A DNA stretch of 44,546 nt, taken from the IMG/VR virus record IMGVR_UViG_3300020138_000009, positions 1 through 44,546 of that record, one strand, 5' to 3'. Origin of the DNA: a virus. Taxonomy: Duplodnaviria > Caudoviricetes. Shown piece by piece: positions 9,380-18,539 of the stretch. Position 1 is the first letter of the stretch, and the number at the start of each line of letters is the position of its first letter. Under the pieces are notes generated by a model. It saw only the letters and a list, made by a program, of their open reading frames with translations. It made no database searches and had not been told where the DNA came from. Both the position numbers and the translations under genes were made by a program.

Positions 9380-9740
9380 CGATCTGCGCACGTTCGCTGT
9401 CGATCTCGGTCGCGCAGCAGGGACCGCGATCCCACAGGCTGCCGCGGTGCTCGAGCGCGGCGCACTGAACATCAAGTCGGACATGCAGGCCGACGCTCAG
9501 CAGTCGGCGCACTTCCGGCAGCTCGCCCGGACGATCACCTACGACGTGACGACGACCCGGGGGTCTCTCACGGCCGAGACCGGCCCGGACCGGGACCGCG
9601 GCGCGTCGGCAGGTCTCGCGGGCGCGTACTACGGATGGCCTCGCGGTGGTGGCGCTTCCCTCGACGCCGATGGTCCGCTCGACCGCGAGGCGCCGCGCTT
9701 CGCGAAGGCGCTCGACGATCTGCTCGGGGGGCTCCTGTGA
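9372..9740 (+). CDS. Neck protein (HK97 gp10-like)
   Basis: GALNIK, ITYD, AE.GP motifs; synteny. Confidence 0.7.
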   Translation: MADDLRTFAVDLGRAAGTAIPQAAAVLERGALNIKSDMQADAQQSAHFRQLARTITYDVTTTRGSLTAETGPDRDRGASAGLAGAYYGWPRGGGASLDADGPLDREAPRFAKALDDLLGGLL

Positions 9741-10147
9741 CGTTCCGAGCGCTCGCGGCGGGGGTCGTCGCGCTCATGCCCGACGACGACGTCGCGTCGC
9801 ACGTCGGTGAGGTCGACGAACCGAGTCCTGCGCTGCCGTGGCGGCTCGTCTCGGTGCAGGTGCCTGGGGTGCTGGAGCGTTCGCGTGTGAGCACCCCGCA
9901 CGCTCGCACGTGCCGCGTGCGGGTGACGATCGCCGCGCGCACGCAGGACGAGGCGCTCGCGGTCGCTGACAGCACGCTCGGTGCGCTCGAAGGTTCCCGG
10001 CCCGCAGCTGCGGGCTGGGTCACCGGACCGTTGCAGCTGCGTGGCGATCCGGCCGTCTATCCGACGGACGTCGTGCTCGGGGGCATGACCCGGCACGTCT
10101 TCGCGGCCGAGCTTCCGCTCGTGTTCGCCGCCCAACGCCAACCCTGA
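9737..10147 (+). CDS. Tail terminator
   Basis: Size and position just upstream of the major tail gene; GTGA overlap. Confidence 0.65.
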   Translation: MTFRALAAGVVALMPDDDVASHVGEVDEPSPALPWRLVSVQVPGVLERSRVSTPHARTCRVRVTIAARTQDEALAVADSTLGALEGSRPAAAGWVTGPLQLRGDPAVYPTDVVLGGMTRHVFAAELPLVFAAQRQP

Positions 10148-10158
10148 GGAGGTACCCC

Positions 10159-10368
10159 GTGTTCGTCCGTGTGAAGGACACCACGACGGGGCATGAGTTC
10201 GACGTGCCCGAGGACGACAAGCGCATCGCCCGGTCGCTGCTGCGCATCAAGGACGACCGGTACCCGCCGGTCCGCAAGCCCCGTCCCCCGAAGTACCACG
10301 TCCAGCTCGCCCCCGTGACGGGACCGGGCGAGGAGAAGTCGGCCGTCAGCAAGGGAGCAGAGAAGTGA
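10159..10368 (+). CDS. Small hypothetical protein preceding the major tail gene
   Basis: FVRVKD..TGHEFDV; GAGGAGG RBS. Confidence 0.75.
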   Translation: MFVRVKDTTTGHEFDVPEDDKRIARSLLRIKDDRYPPVRKPRPPKYHVQLAPVTGPGEEKSAVSKGAEK

Positions 10369-10883
10369 CGAACATCCCCTCGACCCCATCCGACGGGTTC
10401 GCCCGCCTCACGCTGGTTCCGGCCGTCGCCGACCTGACGGCGCCGACCCTCGACGAGGTCACGGCATCGTCAGCCGTCCAGATCTCGTGCTACCTCACCC
10501 CCGACGGCTGGAACCTGCAGGCGACGCAGGACAGCGCACCCGACCCGCGCTACTGCTCGGCGCAGGACTTCGAGAAGCCGGGCCGCAAGCGGTACACGCT
10601 CTCCATCACGGGGATCGACAACACGAACTCGGAGAACGAGGACGACTACAACGCGCTCGCGGACGCGCTCGCGGAGTACTCGAACTGGGTCGCGGTGGAG
10701 CGCCGCGGCCTGCCGTTCGACGAGGAGTTCGCGGCGGGCCAGAAGGTCCAGCTCACCCCGTTCCAGACGGGGATGAAGGCGCTCCTGCCGCCCGAGACGA
10801 ACTCCGTGCTCAAGGCGACCTGGTCGACGTTCGTCACCGGGGACGTGCACACGGACGTCGCGATCGTCGACGACGCGGCCTGA
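10365..10883 (+). CDS. Major tail protein
   Basis: APT..E......ISCYLT, D.R.CS.Q.FE.PGR, RRG...AGQKV. Confidence 0.9.
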   Translation: MTNIPSTPSDGFARLTLVPAVADLTAPTLDEVTASSAVQISCYLTPDGWNLQATQDSAPDPRYCSAQDFEKPGRKRYTLSITGIDNTNSENEDDYNALADALAEYSNWVAVERRGLPFDEEFAAGQKVQLTPFQTGMKALLPPETNSVLKATWSTFVTGDVHTDVAIVDDAA

Positions 10884-10893
10884 GCCACCACAC

Positions 10894-10929
10894 CACCCCG
10901 CCCGGCTCCTGGGTCGGCCGGGCGGGGTG
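10894..10929 (+). terminator. Perfect 13-bp stem-loop after the major tail gene
   Basis: CACCCCGCCCGGC...GCCGGGCGGGGTG. Confidence 0.65.
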
Positions 10930-10968
10930 CACCACCCGACGACCCAGCCCAGACCCAGGGAGTAGCTC

Positions 10969-11511
10969 ATGTCCGAGCCCGACATCACCATCGCCCGGCC
11001 CCGCAAGACCGTCACGCTGTGCACCGCGCTCGACCTGCACGCACAGTGGGAGCGAGCGCAGGACGCGCTCGAGCGCGCACGGCAGGCGTCGGGTGAGTCG
11101 ACGTACGCCGGCACCAACCCCGCCGAGCGCGCTGCGGCCGAGGAGGTCTCCTCGCTCGAGGATCGCATGCGAGAGCACACGCTCGTGTTCACGATCGAGG
11201 CGATGCCGCGCAAGTCCTGGGCGGAGTACGAGGCGAAGCACCCGCCGCGCCCGGACGTGGACGTCGACAAGACGTACGGCATCAACATCTCGACGCTCGA
11301 CGACGCGATCGGGCCCTCCGTCGTCGAGGTCACGAACGCCGACGGGTCCCCTCGCGCATGGTCGTCGGAGAAGTGGCCGGTGCTCGCGGAGCAGCTGTCG
11401 AACTCGCAGTGGGAGCCCTTCGCGAAGGGCGTGCTCGAGGTGAACCGGGGTGTGTCCCGCGCCCCTTTCTCGCGGGTCGCCTCGCGGATCCAGCGGTCCT
11501 CGCGGAGCTAG
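10969..11511 (+). CDS. Tail assembly chaperone (gpG-like)
   Basis: Between major tail and tape measure; ends just after a slippery heptamer. Confidence 0.85.
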   Translation: MSEPDITIARPRKTVTLCTALDLHAQWERAQDALERARQASGESTYAGTNPAERAAAEEVSSLEDRMREHTLVFTIEAMPRKSWAEYEAKHPPRPDVDVDKTYGINISTLDDAIGPSVVEVTNADGSPRAWSSEKWPVLAEQLSNSQWEPFAKGVLEVNRGVSRAPFSRVASRIQRSSRS

Positions 11512-11888
11512 AGGCGGCGGAGCGTCTCGGGATCTCGTACAAGCGGTTCCTGGGGTGGGAGCCCCGCACGGTGTACGAGTACGACGAGCACGGGCGGCTC
11601 CTTGCCTCGACGCCGGAGCCGGAGTGGGACGACACGGAGCGTGAGTGGATGCTCGAGCTCGCGCGCTGGCGCAGCGAGGTCCTGTGCCCGTGCGGGTGTG
11701 GGTGGCCTGTGCAGATCGCGCACGACGAGATGGCAGCGCGTGAGATCGAGGTGCCTCCGCCGACTCGCTGCTATGTCGCGACGAAGCAGGCCGACGCGCG
11801 CAAGGCGTACCTGAAGGCTGCGGGCGCGGGGGCGACGCTCGACGGCCTGCTGTTCGGCGCCCGGATCAGGCCGCCGACCAGCCGCTAG
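11463..11888 (+). CDS. Frameshifted tail assembly chaperone extension (gpGT), reached by -1 shift at C CCT TTC
   Basis: X XXY YYZ heptamer at 11463-11469 in the gpG frame; -1 frame open to 11888 (RFLGWEP..EPEWD, CPCGCG). Confidence 0.8.
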   Translation, partial: PFLAGRLADPAVLAELEAAERLGISYKRFLGWEPRTVYEYDEHGRLLASTPEPEWDDTEREWMLELARWRSEVLCPCGCGWPVQIAHDEMAAREIEVPPPTRCYVATKQADARKAYLKAAGAGATLDGLLFGARIRPPTSR

Positions 11889-12097
11889 ATCCGGAAGACG
11901 AGCCCGAGCGCAAGGCCGAGCGCACCGACGACGACCAGCGACGGGCCGGGGCCGCTCGCATCTGCGAGGCCCAGCCCTGCGCCGGCGACCGCCAGCCCGG
12001 TTCCGACCCCGGTGAACCACCGGTTGCCATTCCGCTCGCGCCTCGCGTCGAGGAGCAGCTCTCGGATGTTCGCGAGGTCGTCGCTCTTGTTGCTCAT
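11885..12097 (-). CDS. Small two-TM membrane protein, antisense to the tail operon
   Basis: 70 aa MSNKSDDL...LALGLVFRI with two hydrophobic segments; fills the gap between TAC and TMP. Confidence 0.6.
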   Translation of the reverse strand: MSNKSDDLANIRELLLDARRERNGNRWFTGVGTGLAVAGAGLGLADASGPGPSLVVVGALGLALGLVFRI

Positions 12098-12140
12098 CCC
12101 CGCATCCAACCGCACGGCGTCGACTAGGAGGGGGTGAAAC

Positions 12141-14942
12141 GTGGCTGACCGCACTTTCACAGTGGCTCTGCGCGCGGACGTGCAGGGCCTGGTGTCGGGG
12201 TTCTCGACGGCTCGCCGTTCGGTCGAGGACTTCGCGAAGTCGTCGCTGTCGAAGATCCAGAAGAACGAGCAGGCGATCTCACAGCTGTCGACCACGGCAG
12301 GGGTTGCGGGCGCCGCGCTGTCGGCGTTCGCGCTGCTCGGGGTGAAGAGGTTCGCGGACTTCGACCAGGCGATGTCAGCAGTCGCCGCGACCGGTGCGGA
12401 GGCTCGTGCGAGCATCGACGCGCTGCGCGAGGCCGCGATCCAGGCGGGTGCCGAGACGGTGTTCTCTGCGACGGAGGCCGCGAACGCTGTGGAGGAGCTC
12501 GCGAAGGCAGGCGTCTCGTCGGCCGACATCCTTGGTGGTGGCCTCGACGGCGCGCTGAACCTTGCCGCGGCCGGGTCTCTCGGTCTCGCGGATGCCGCCT
12601 CGTACACGGCGGTCGCGCTGCAGCAGTTCCGTCTTGGCGGCCAGGAGGCGTCGCACGTCGCGGATCTTCTCGCTGCTGGTGCAGGCAAGGCGATGGGTGA
12701 CGTGTCGGACCTTGGCGAGGCGCTCTCGCAGGGTGGCCTGGTCGCTTCGCAGGTCGGGTTGACGCTCGAGGAGACTACGGGCGCGCTCGCGGCGTTCGCC
12801 CAGGCGGGTCTGCTCGGGTCGGATGCGGGCACGTCGCTGAAGACGATGCTGCAGCGGCTCACCCCGGAGTCGGACGAGGCGGCGGAGCAGTTCGAGAAGC
12901 TGGGGGTCTCGGCGTACGACTCGTCGGGTCAGTTCGTCGGTCTGGCCGAGTTCGCGGGCGATCTGCAGGGTGCGATGAAGAGCCTGACCCCGGAGGCGCG
13001 CAACGCCGCCCTGTCGGTGATGTTCGGGGCCGACGCGGTGCGCGCGGCGAACGTCCTGTACACGGAGGGCGAGGGGGGTGTGCGGCGGTGGATCAAGGCG
13101 GTCGACGATCAGGGCTATGCCGCTGGTGTCGCCGGCGCGAAGCTCGACAACCTGAAGGGTGACCTCGAGGGGCTGTCGGGGTCCGTCGAGACCGCGCTGA
13201 TCGGGTTGGGTGAGGGCGCGAATGGTCCTCTGCGTCAGGTGGTGCAGACGCTCGACTCGCTCGTCGACGGGTTCAACCGGCTGGACGACCCGGTGAAGAA
13301 CGCGACCATGCTGATCGCGGGTGGTGGTGGGCTTGCGCTGCTGGGCTTGGCCGGGATGAGCAAGCTCACGATCGGGATCTCGAACACGCGGACCGCGATG
13401 CAGTCCCTCGGGCTGTCTGCGCGGACCGCGTCCGTCGCGGTCGCGGGGGTCGGCGGTGCGCTGGGGCTCGCGACGCTCGCGGTCTCCGCGTGGGCGAGCG
13501 CGCAGGCCGACGCGAAGGCGCTGACCGACGAGTTCTCGACGACGCTCGACGCGTTCGGTCAGCGGACGGACGAGACGGTCTCGAAGGTCAACGAGAAGCT
13601 GACCGAGATCACGCGCAGCTCGTTCAACGGATCGAACTCCCTGGCGCGGCAGGGTGAGATCTTCGGTCTGACGACCGATGACCTGCGGGGCTACGTCCTG
13701 GGGGTCGAGGAGTCGGTCGACAGGGTCAACGACGCGTACGCGACGTACAAGCGGGAGACGTTCGGGTCCGGGATCGCGGGGTTCTTCAACCGGCTCGGGA
13801 ACGAGGACGCGTTCGCAGGGTTCCGCAACGCGCTGGACAAGCAGGCGGCGTCCCTGACCGAGGCCGAGAAGGCCGCGGTCCTCAAGGCCGATGCGGACGA
13901 ACGCGCCGGGGTGAAGACGGAGCAGGCGGCTGCGAGCACGGAGCGGCTCACGTCGACGCTCAACGTGGCGACGGGCGCGACGCAGGAGCTGACGGACGCG
14001 CAGGTGAGCTACCTCGACTCGATCGCGGGTTCGGACGCGTCGTTCATCTCGCTGCGTGACGCGATGGACTCGGTGATCGAGAAGAACCGTGACCTCGCGC
14101 AGGCGCGAGCGGACGCGACGAAGAAGAACACGGACGACTCGTGGGAGACGTACTACGACGGTCTGAGCTTTTCGCTCGGCGACTACCTGAGCGAGCTGCA
14201 GAAGCAGGTCGAGCTACAGTCGCAGTGGGAGCAGAACATGCTCAAGCTCGCGGGTCGAGGCGTGACGCAGGAGTCCCTCGACGGGCTCCGGCAGATGGGC
14301 CCCGAGGGCGCGTCGCTCGTCTCCCAGTTGGTCGACGCGTCGGACGACGAGCTCGAGCGGTTCGAGTCGCTGTACTCGAATGCCGGAGCGTCGTCGACGT
14401 CGGCGTTCGCGGATGCGTTGACGAGCGCGGCTCCGGTGGTCGCGGCTGCTGGCGAGCAGGTGGGCCAGGAGGCGGTCGACGCGATCGTCCGGCGTCTCGT
14501 CGCGGGTGAGTCGACGCTGCAGGACGAGGTCAACCGGTACGCGCTGATCGTCGCTGGCATGCGTACCGGTGAGGTCCGTCCGTCGGTGCGTCCCGGTCAG
14601 GTCTCCGCCTTCGCGGATGGCGGGTACACCGGCGACGGCGGGAAGTACGAGCCTGCAGGCATCGTGCACCGCGGCGAGTTCGTCGTGAACGCGGCCGCGA
14701 CGAAGGGCAACCGAGCGCTGCTCGAGGGCATCAACCGCGGGTACCGGGGGTACGCCGACGGTGGGTACGTCGGTGGTCTGCGGCCGATGGCTGGTCCTCA
14801 GGTCGTCACGGTCCCGGTGCAGGTGACGAACGAGTCGTCGACGCCGTGGACGATCCAGCACGCGACGTTCACCGACCGTGCTGAGGCGCAGTCCTGGGGA
14901 CGCCGACGTCGCGCCGAAGCGAACACCGGGGGCCACCGCTGA
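12141..14942 (+). CDS. Tape measure protein
   Basis: 933 aa Ala/Gly-rich; TP901-type core (FSATEAA, GSDAGTSLKTML); FADGGYTG..KYEPAGIVHRGEFV motif. Confidence 0.96.
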   Translation: MADRTFTVALRADVQGLVSGFSTARRSVEDFAKSSLSKIQKNEQAISQLSTTAGVAGAALSAFALLGVKRFADFDQAMSAVAATGAEARASIDALREAAIQAGAETVFSATEAANAVEELAKAGVSSADILGGGLDGALNLAAAGSLGLADAASYTAVALQQFRLGGQEASHVADLLAAGAGKAMGDVSDLGEALSQGGLVASQVGLTLEETTGALAAFAQAGLLGSDAGTSLKTMLQRLTPESDEAAEQFEKLGVSAYDSSGQFVGLAEFAGDLQGAMKSLTPEARNAALSVMFGADAVRAANVLYTEGEGGVRRWIKAVDDQGYAAGVAGAKLDNLKGDLEGLSGSVETALIGLGEGANGPLRQVVQTLDSLVDGFNRLDDPVKNATMLIAGGGGLALLGLAGMSKLTIGISNTRTAMQSLGLSARTASVAVAGVGGALGLATLAVSAWASAQADAKALTDEFSTTLDAFGQRTDETVSKVNEKLTEITRSSFNGSNSLARQGEIFGLTTDDLRGYVLGVEESVDRVNDAYATYKRETFGSGIAGFFNRLGNEDAFAGFRNALDKQAASLTEAEKAAVLKADADERAGVKTEQAAASTERLTSTLNVATGATQELTDAQVSYLDSIAGSDASFISLRDAMDSVIEKNRDLAQARADATKKNTDDSWETYYDGLSFSLGDYLSELQKQVELQSQWEQNMLKLAGRGVTQESLDGLRQMGPEGASLVSQLVDASDDELERFESLYSNAGASSTSAFADALTSAAPVVAAAGEQVGQEAVDAIVRRLVAGESTLQDEVNRYALIVAGMRTGEVRPSVRPGQVSAFADGGYTGDGGKYEPAGIVHRGEFVVNAAATKGNRALLEGINRGYRGYADGGYVGGLRPMAGPQVVTVPVQVTNESSTPWTIQHATFTDRAEAQSWGRRRRAEANTGGHR

Positions 14943-15379
14943 TGGCCGTCGACGGGACGCTGACCTTCTCGGGTCCGACGCCGCTCGTCGTGACGTCGCC
15001 TGTCGCGGCCGGAGTCGAGCTGATCGACTGGGGTGTCGCTGGCCGGTCGTGGCGCCGCCGCACCGTCGAGGGCGCCTACCAGCATGGTTCCGCACTGGTG
15101 ACTGCCACGCTCGCGGACGCGCAGATCACGGTGCGCGTCAGGTGCAAGGGCGGGAGCTGGGCAGACGCGTGTGTGCACCGCGACCTCCTGTTCGCGGCTG
15201 TGGCACAGCGCTCGTACACCCTCACGTGCGACGTCGAGGGCGTCGTCGACGTCTGGGCATGCCAGCCCGCCGACATCGTCCCGATCGCGGGGAACGTCAT
15301 CGGCCCGGAGTGGGTCGAGCTCGCCGAGCAGGAGTACGTCCTGACGATCCCGGCGTACCCGGTGGAGGTGTCCTCGTGA
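14942..15379 (+). CDS. Minor tail protein (distal tail-like)
   Basis: First gene after TMP, beta-rich, overlapping start. Confidence 0.65.
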   Translation: MAVDGTLTFSGPTPLVVTSPVAAGVELIDWGVAGRSWRRRTVEGAYQHGSALVTATLADAQITVRVRCKGGSWADACVHRDLLFAAVAQRSYTLTCDVEGVVDVWACQPADIVPIAGNVIGPEWVELAEQEYVLTIPAYPVEVSS

Positions 15380-15744
15380 TCGGGGAGGCGTGGCGCTCGC
15401 GGGCGGTGCAGGCGCTGTTGGGTCCGGCGCGCTCGTCGTTGGTCCCGTCGCGTCTGCATGTGGGCTGGCTGGACGCGGAGGGTGACCTGATCGCGATGTC
15501 GGGCACGTCGGTCCTGGCCGCGGCCTTCGAGGCGTCGGGTGACGGTGTGGTCAACACGACGGCGATCGACGCGGGTATCGCGGGTGTCGGGTGGGTGATC
15601 GCCGGGGTGGGGCTGTTCGATGCGCCGTCGGGTGGTGACCTGGTGCTGTCGGCGTCGACGTCGGGGCCGGTGGAGCCGGACGAGGGCGCACCTCTGTCGA
15701 TCGCTGCGGGTGCGATCGCGTTCACGGTGGTGGTCGGCGCGTGA
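15376..15744 (+). CDS. Minor tail protein
   Basis: GLFDAPSGG.L motif common in tail fibre-associated proteins; GGAGG RBS. Confidence 0.7.
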   Translation: MIGEAWRSRAVQALLGPARSSLVPSRLHVGWLDAEGDLIAMSGTSVLAAAFEASGDGVVNTTAIDAGIAGVGWVIAGVGLFDAPSGGDLVLSASTSGPVEPDEGAPLSIAAGAIAFTVVVGA

Positions 15745-18539
15745 GCATGTCGACGACGCCGGTCCACGTGATCGACCCGGCGCTGATCCCCGCGGGCCCG
15801 GTCCTCGAGCTCGACGCGGGCGACGTGACGTTGGTGTCGGTCGCGGGCCCGGACTCGGCGCCGACGCGCACGACCGTCGACGGGCACCCGGCCCTCGACC
15901 TGTCCGCGTCCGTGGCGTTCCTGGTGGACACGGCTGGTCCGTCGACGTTGGGCTCGTCGGCCGCGGTCGCGGGTGTGGTGTGCCGCCTGGGCGAGCTGCA
16001 CCGCATGCCGTGGGAGCACACGGGTCCGCTGCGGATGCTCGACGCGCACGCGCTGATCTTCGGGGTCGAGGTCGACTGGCCGACCCTGGACGAGGACCTG
16101 CACGCGTGGGTGCTGTGGTCCGACGGGGACGACGTCGCGCTGGTGTGCGACGGGGTCGTCGTCGGCACGGGCACGGGCGCGACCGCCCCGGAGGCGAGCT
16201 TCACGTACCTGCAGTCCGCGTCGGGCGGGACGTTGTTCTACGCGGCGGTGTGGCAGGAGACGGTCACGCTCGCGGACGCCCAGCAGCTGTCGCTGGATCT
16301 CCTGGCGCAGTTCACCGGCGGCGGGGGCGTCGAGGTGTCCGCGTCGGGTGGCTTCGATGTGGTCGGGTCGGTCGACCTGACGGTGGACGACTGGTACGAG
16401 CCGCCGGTGCTGCCTGCGGCGACGCCGGGTGGTGCGCCGACCCCGCCGACGGTGCTGCCGGATCCGGTGGTGCCGGTGTCGGTGTCGGACCCGCAGGTGG
16501 TGTGGCGGGTGTCGGAGGTGATGGACGCCCCGACTCTGGACGATGCGGGTTTCCCGGTGGGGTGGGTGCCGGACGAGGTCGTGCAGGAGCCGTGGGCGTC
16601 GCTGCAGATCCTCGTCGACGACGTGGATGTCACGACGTGGGCGGGTGTGCGGACCCCGATGCCGTCGTGGTCGCGCGCGGAGCCGTTCGGGTGCATCGAC
16701 GCGACGCTGGCGTTCCCGCAGGTGTCGCAGTTCGAGGCGGACCCGTCGTGGTGCCGCCCGGGTGCGTGGGTGCGTCTGCGGTGGCGGCTGTGGGACGGGT
16801 CGACGTCGACGGCGTGGCTGGGGGTCGTGGACAAGTTCGGGCGGGTGCAGGACACGGGTGAGTTCACGGTGTCGTGCCGTGGCCCGGTGATGGTGTCGGA
16901 CCTGCAGCTGCGGGCGCCGGCGTTCGACCCGCAGCCGCGGGACGTGGGCCTGGTGATCGCGGACGTCCTGAACTCGGCGGTGTCGCGTCGCACGGCTCGC
17001 TGTGAGCCGCGGGTGGTCGGTATCCCGACGGGTGTCGCTGGCGGGTGGGAGCCGCGGGTGCTGGGGTTCGTGCAGCAGCTCCTGGCGACGGCCGTGCAGG
17101 GTGGCCGGCAGTGGACGGTGCGGTGCGACGAGCGGACCCCGCAGATCGTCCTCAAGGACACGACGACCGTGTCCTGGACGGTGCGGGCGGGTCAGCGTGG
17201 CGTGGTCGTCGACATGGCACAGGACTGGTCGCAGGCGACGAACGTGATCTACGGCGAGGGGATCTCCCCGCAGGGCGGCCGGTGGCGCAACGCCGTGTAC
17301 CCGGGTTGGCATCCGGATGAGACGCCGATCTACCCGGGGTCGCTGAGCTCCGGGTTCACGGTGGGGACGACGGATGCGTCGACGAGCACGGGCACGGGGG
17401 TGTCGGACTGGCAGGCGAAGGCTGGTCAGCCGGTCACGGGCCGGTTCTCCCAGGGCGACCGCGCGCGGACGTTCGAGATTCAGAAGGCGGCGGGCATCAC
17501 CCGTGACGGGCTCGTCGGCCCGCAGACGTGGTCGGCGACTTTCGGGACCGGGTCGCACGTCGGCACCCTGGACGCGTTCTTCCTGCCGCTGGCGTGGTCG
17601 GACACGGTCGTCCCGCGCCGCTATGACGCGGACGGCACCGGCGCCGGCCCCAACCCGACCTACGACGAGAGTGTGCTGCGCGTCGAGGACAAGGTCGACT
17701 TCGGGCAGGGCGTGTCCAAGGCGGACGGGAAGCGCGCCGCCCGGGAGATGCTGACCCGCACGATCGACCCGGGCTGGTCCGGTCAGGTCACCCTGACCCT
17801 GGACCCCGCGGAGGGCTCCCGCTACCAGATCCGTGAGGGCGACAACGTGCGCGTCCGGGGCTTCCGTGGGGTGTCGTCGATCGTGGTGCACGTCGCGCAC
17901 GTCGCCTACGACGAGGAGCGCGTCGTGCTGACGGTCGACACGAACGCACGCGACTACCCGACGCTCGAGGCGATCCGCGACCGGGACCGCAACGCGACCG
18001 ACCCCGCGAAGGCCGTCATCAAGCGCCTGCAGCGCGGCACCGTCACGGAGGCCCGTGCGACGTTCGACGCTGAGTCCCCCGCCGGTCACCTCCCCCGCCA
18101 CGCCCTGTTCGGCGGCCTGTGGTCGGTCGTGCCGGTCCCGTTCGGCAGGTACGGGCAGATCGTACGCACCGAGCTCACCACCAGCAGCCCCGCAGCTCCG
18201 TTCGTCACCGCGGTGTTCAACGAACCGGTCACGGCCGCGCAGCTCCTCACGCTCGTCGGGAACCCCCTGACCGCGGAGGACAACCCGTGGGACGAGAACG
18301 CCGACGCGCTCGCGGCCGCGGGCCTGGTGATGGCGTGGGGGTGGCGTGAGCAGCCGTGCGGGTACTACCCGCGCTCGTACGCGACGCCGGCGGGTTCGGG
18401 TGACGCCCCGGTGACGGGCCGGTTCGTCGACGACGCGTCGTGGGAGTACGCGACGGAGCGTTCGCCGTGGCTGTGGGTCGCGACGATCGCGGCGTCGGGG
18501 TGCTGGGTGCAGGGCCGGTTCTGGCCGGGGGCTGACTGA
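15741..18539 (+). CDS. Large minor tail (baseplate hub/Tal-like) protein with internal peptidoglycan-binding domain
   Basis: 932 aa in the tail module; WQ...TG.F...Q...GITRDGLVGPQTW is a PG_binding_1-type motif. Confidence 0.8.
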   Translation: MSMSTTPVHVIDPALIPAGPVLELDAGDVTLVSVAGPDSAPTRTTVDGHPALDLSASVAFLVDTAGPSTLGSSAAVAGVVCRLGELHRMPWEHTGPLRMLDAHALIFGVEVDWPTLDEDLHAWVLWSDGDDVALVCDGVVVGTGTGATAPEASFTYLQSASGGTLFYAAVWQETVTLADAQQLSLDLLAQFTGGGGVEVSASGGFDVVGSVDLTVDDWYEPPVLPAATPGGAPTPPTVLPDPVVPVSVSDPQVVWRVSEVMDAPTLDDAGFPVGWVPDEVVQEPWASLQILVDDVDVTTWAGVRTPMPSWSRAEPFGCIDATLAFPQVSQFEADPSWCRPGAWVRLRWRLWDGSTSTAWLGVVDKFGRVQDTGEFTVSCRGPVMVSDLQLRAPAFDPQPRDVGLVIADVLNSAVSRRTARCEPRVVGIPTGVAGGWEPRVLGFVQQLLATAVQGGRQWTVRCDERTPQIVLKDTTTVSWTVRAGQRGVVVDMAQDWSQATNVIYGEGISPQGGRWRNAVYPGWHPDETPIYPGSLSSGFTVGTTDASTSTGTGVSDWQAKAGQPVTGRFSQGDRARTFEIQKAAGITRDGLVGPQTWSATFGTGSHVGTLDAFFLPLAWSDTVVPRRYDADGTGAGPNPTYDESVLRVEDKVDFGQGVSKADGKRAAREMLTRTIDPGWSGQVTLTLDPAEGSRYQIREGDNVRVRGFRGVSSIVVHVAHVAYDEERVVLTVDTNARDYPTLEAIRDRDRNATDPAKAVIKRLQRGTVTEARATFDAESPAGHLPRHALFGGLWSVVPVPFGRYGQIVRTELTTSSPAAPFVTAVFNEPVTAAQLLTLVGNPLTAEDNPWDENADALAAAGLVMAWGWREQPCGYYPRSYATPAGSGDAPVTGRFVDDASWEYATERSPWLWVATIAASGCWVQGRFWPGAD

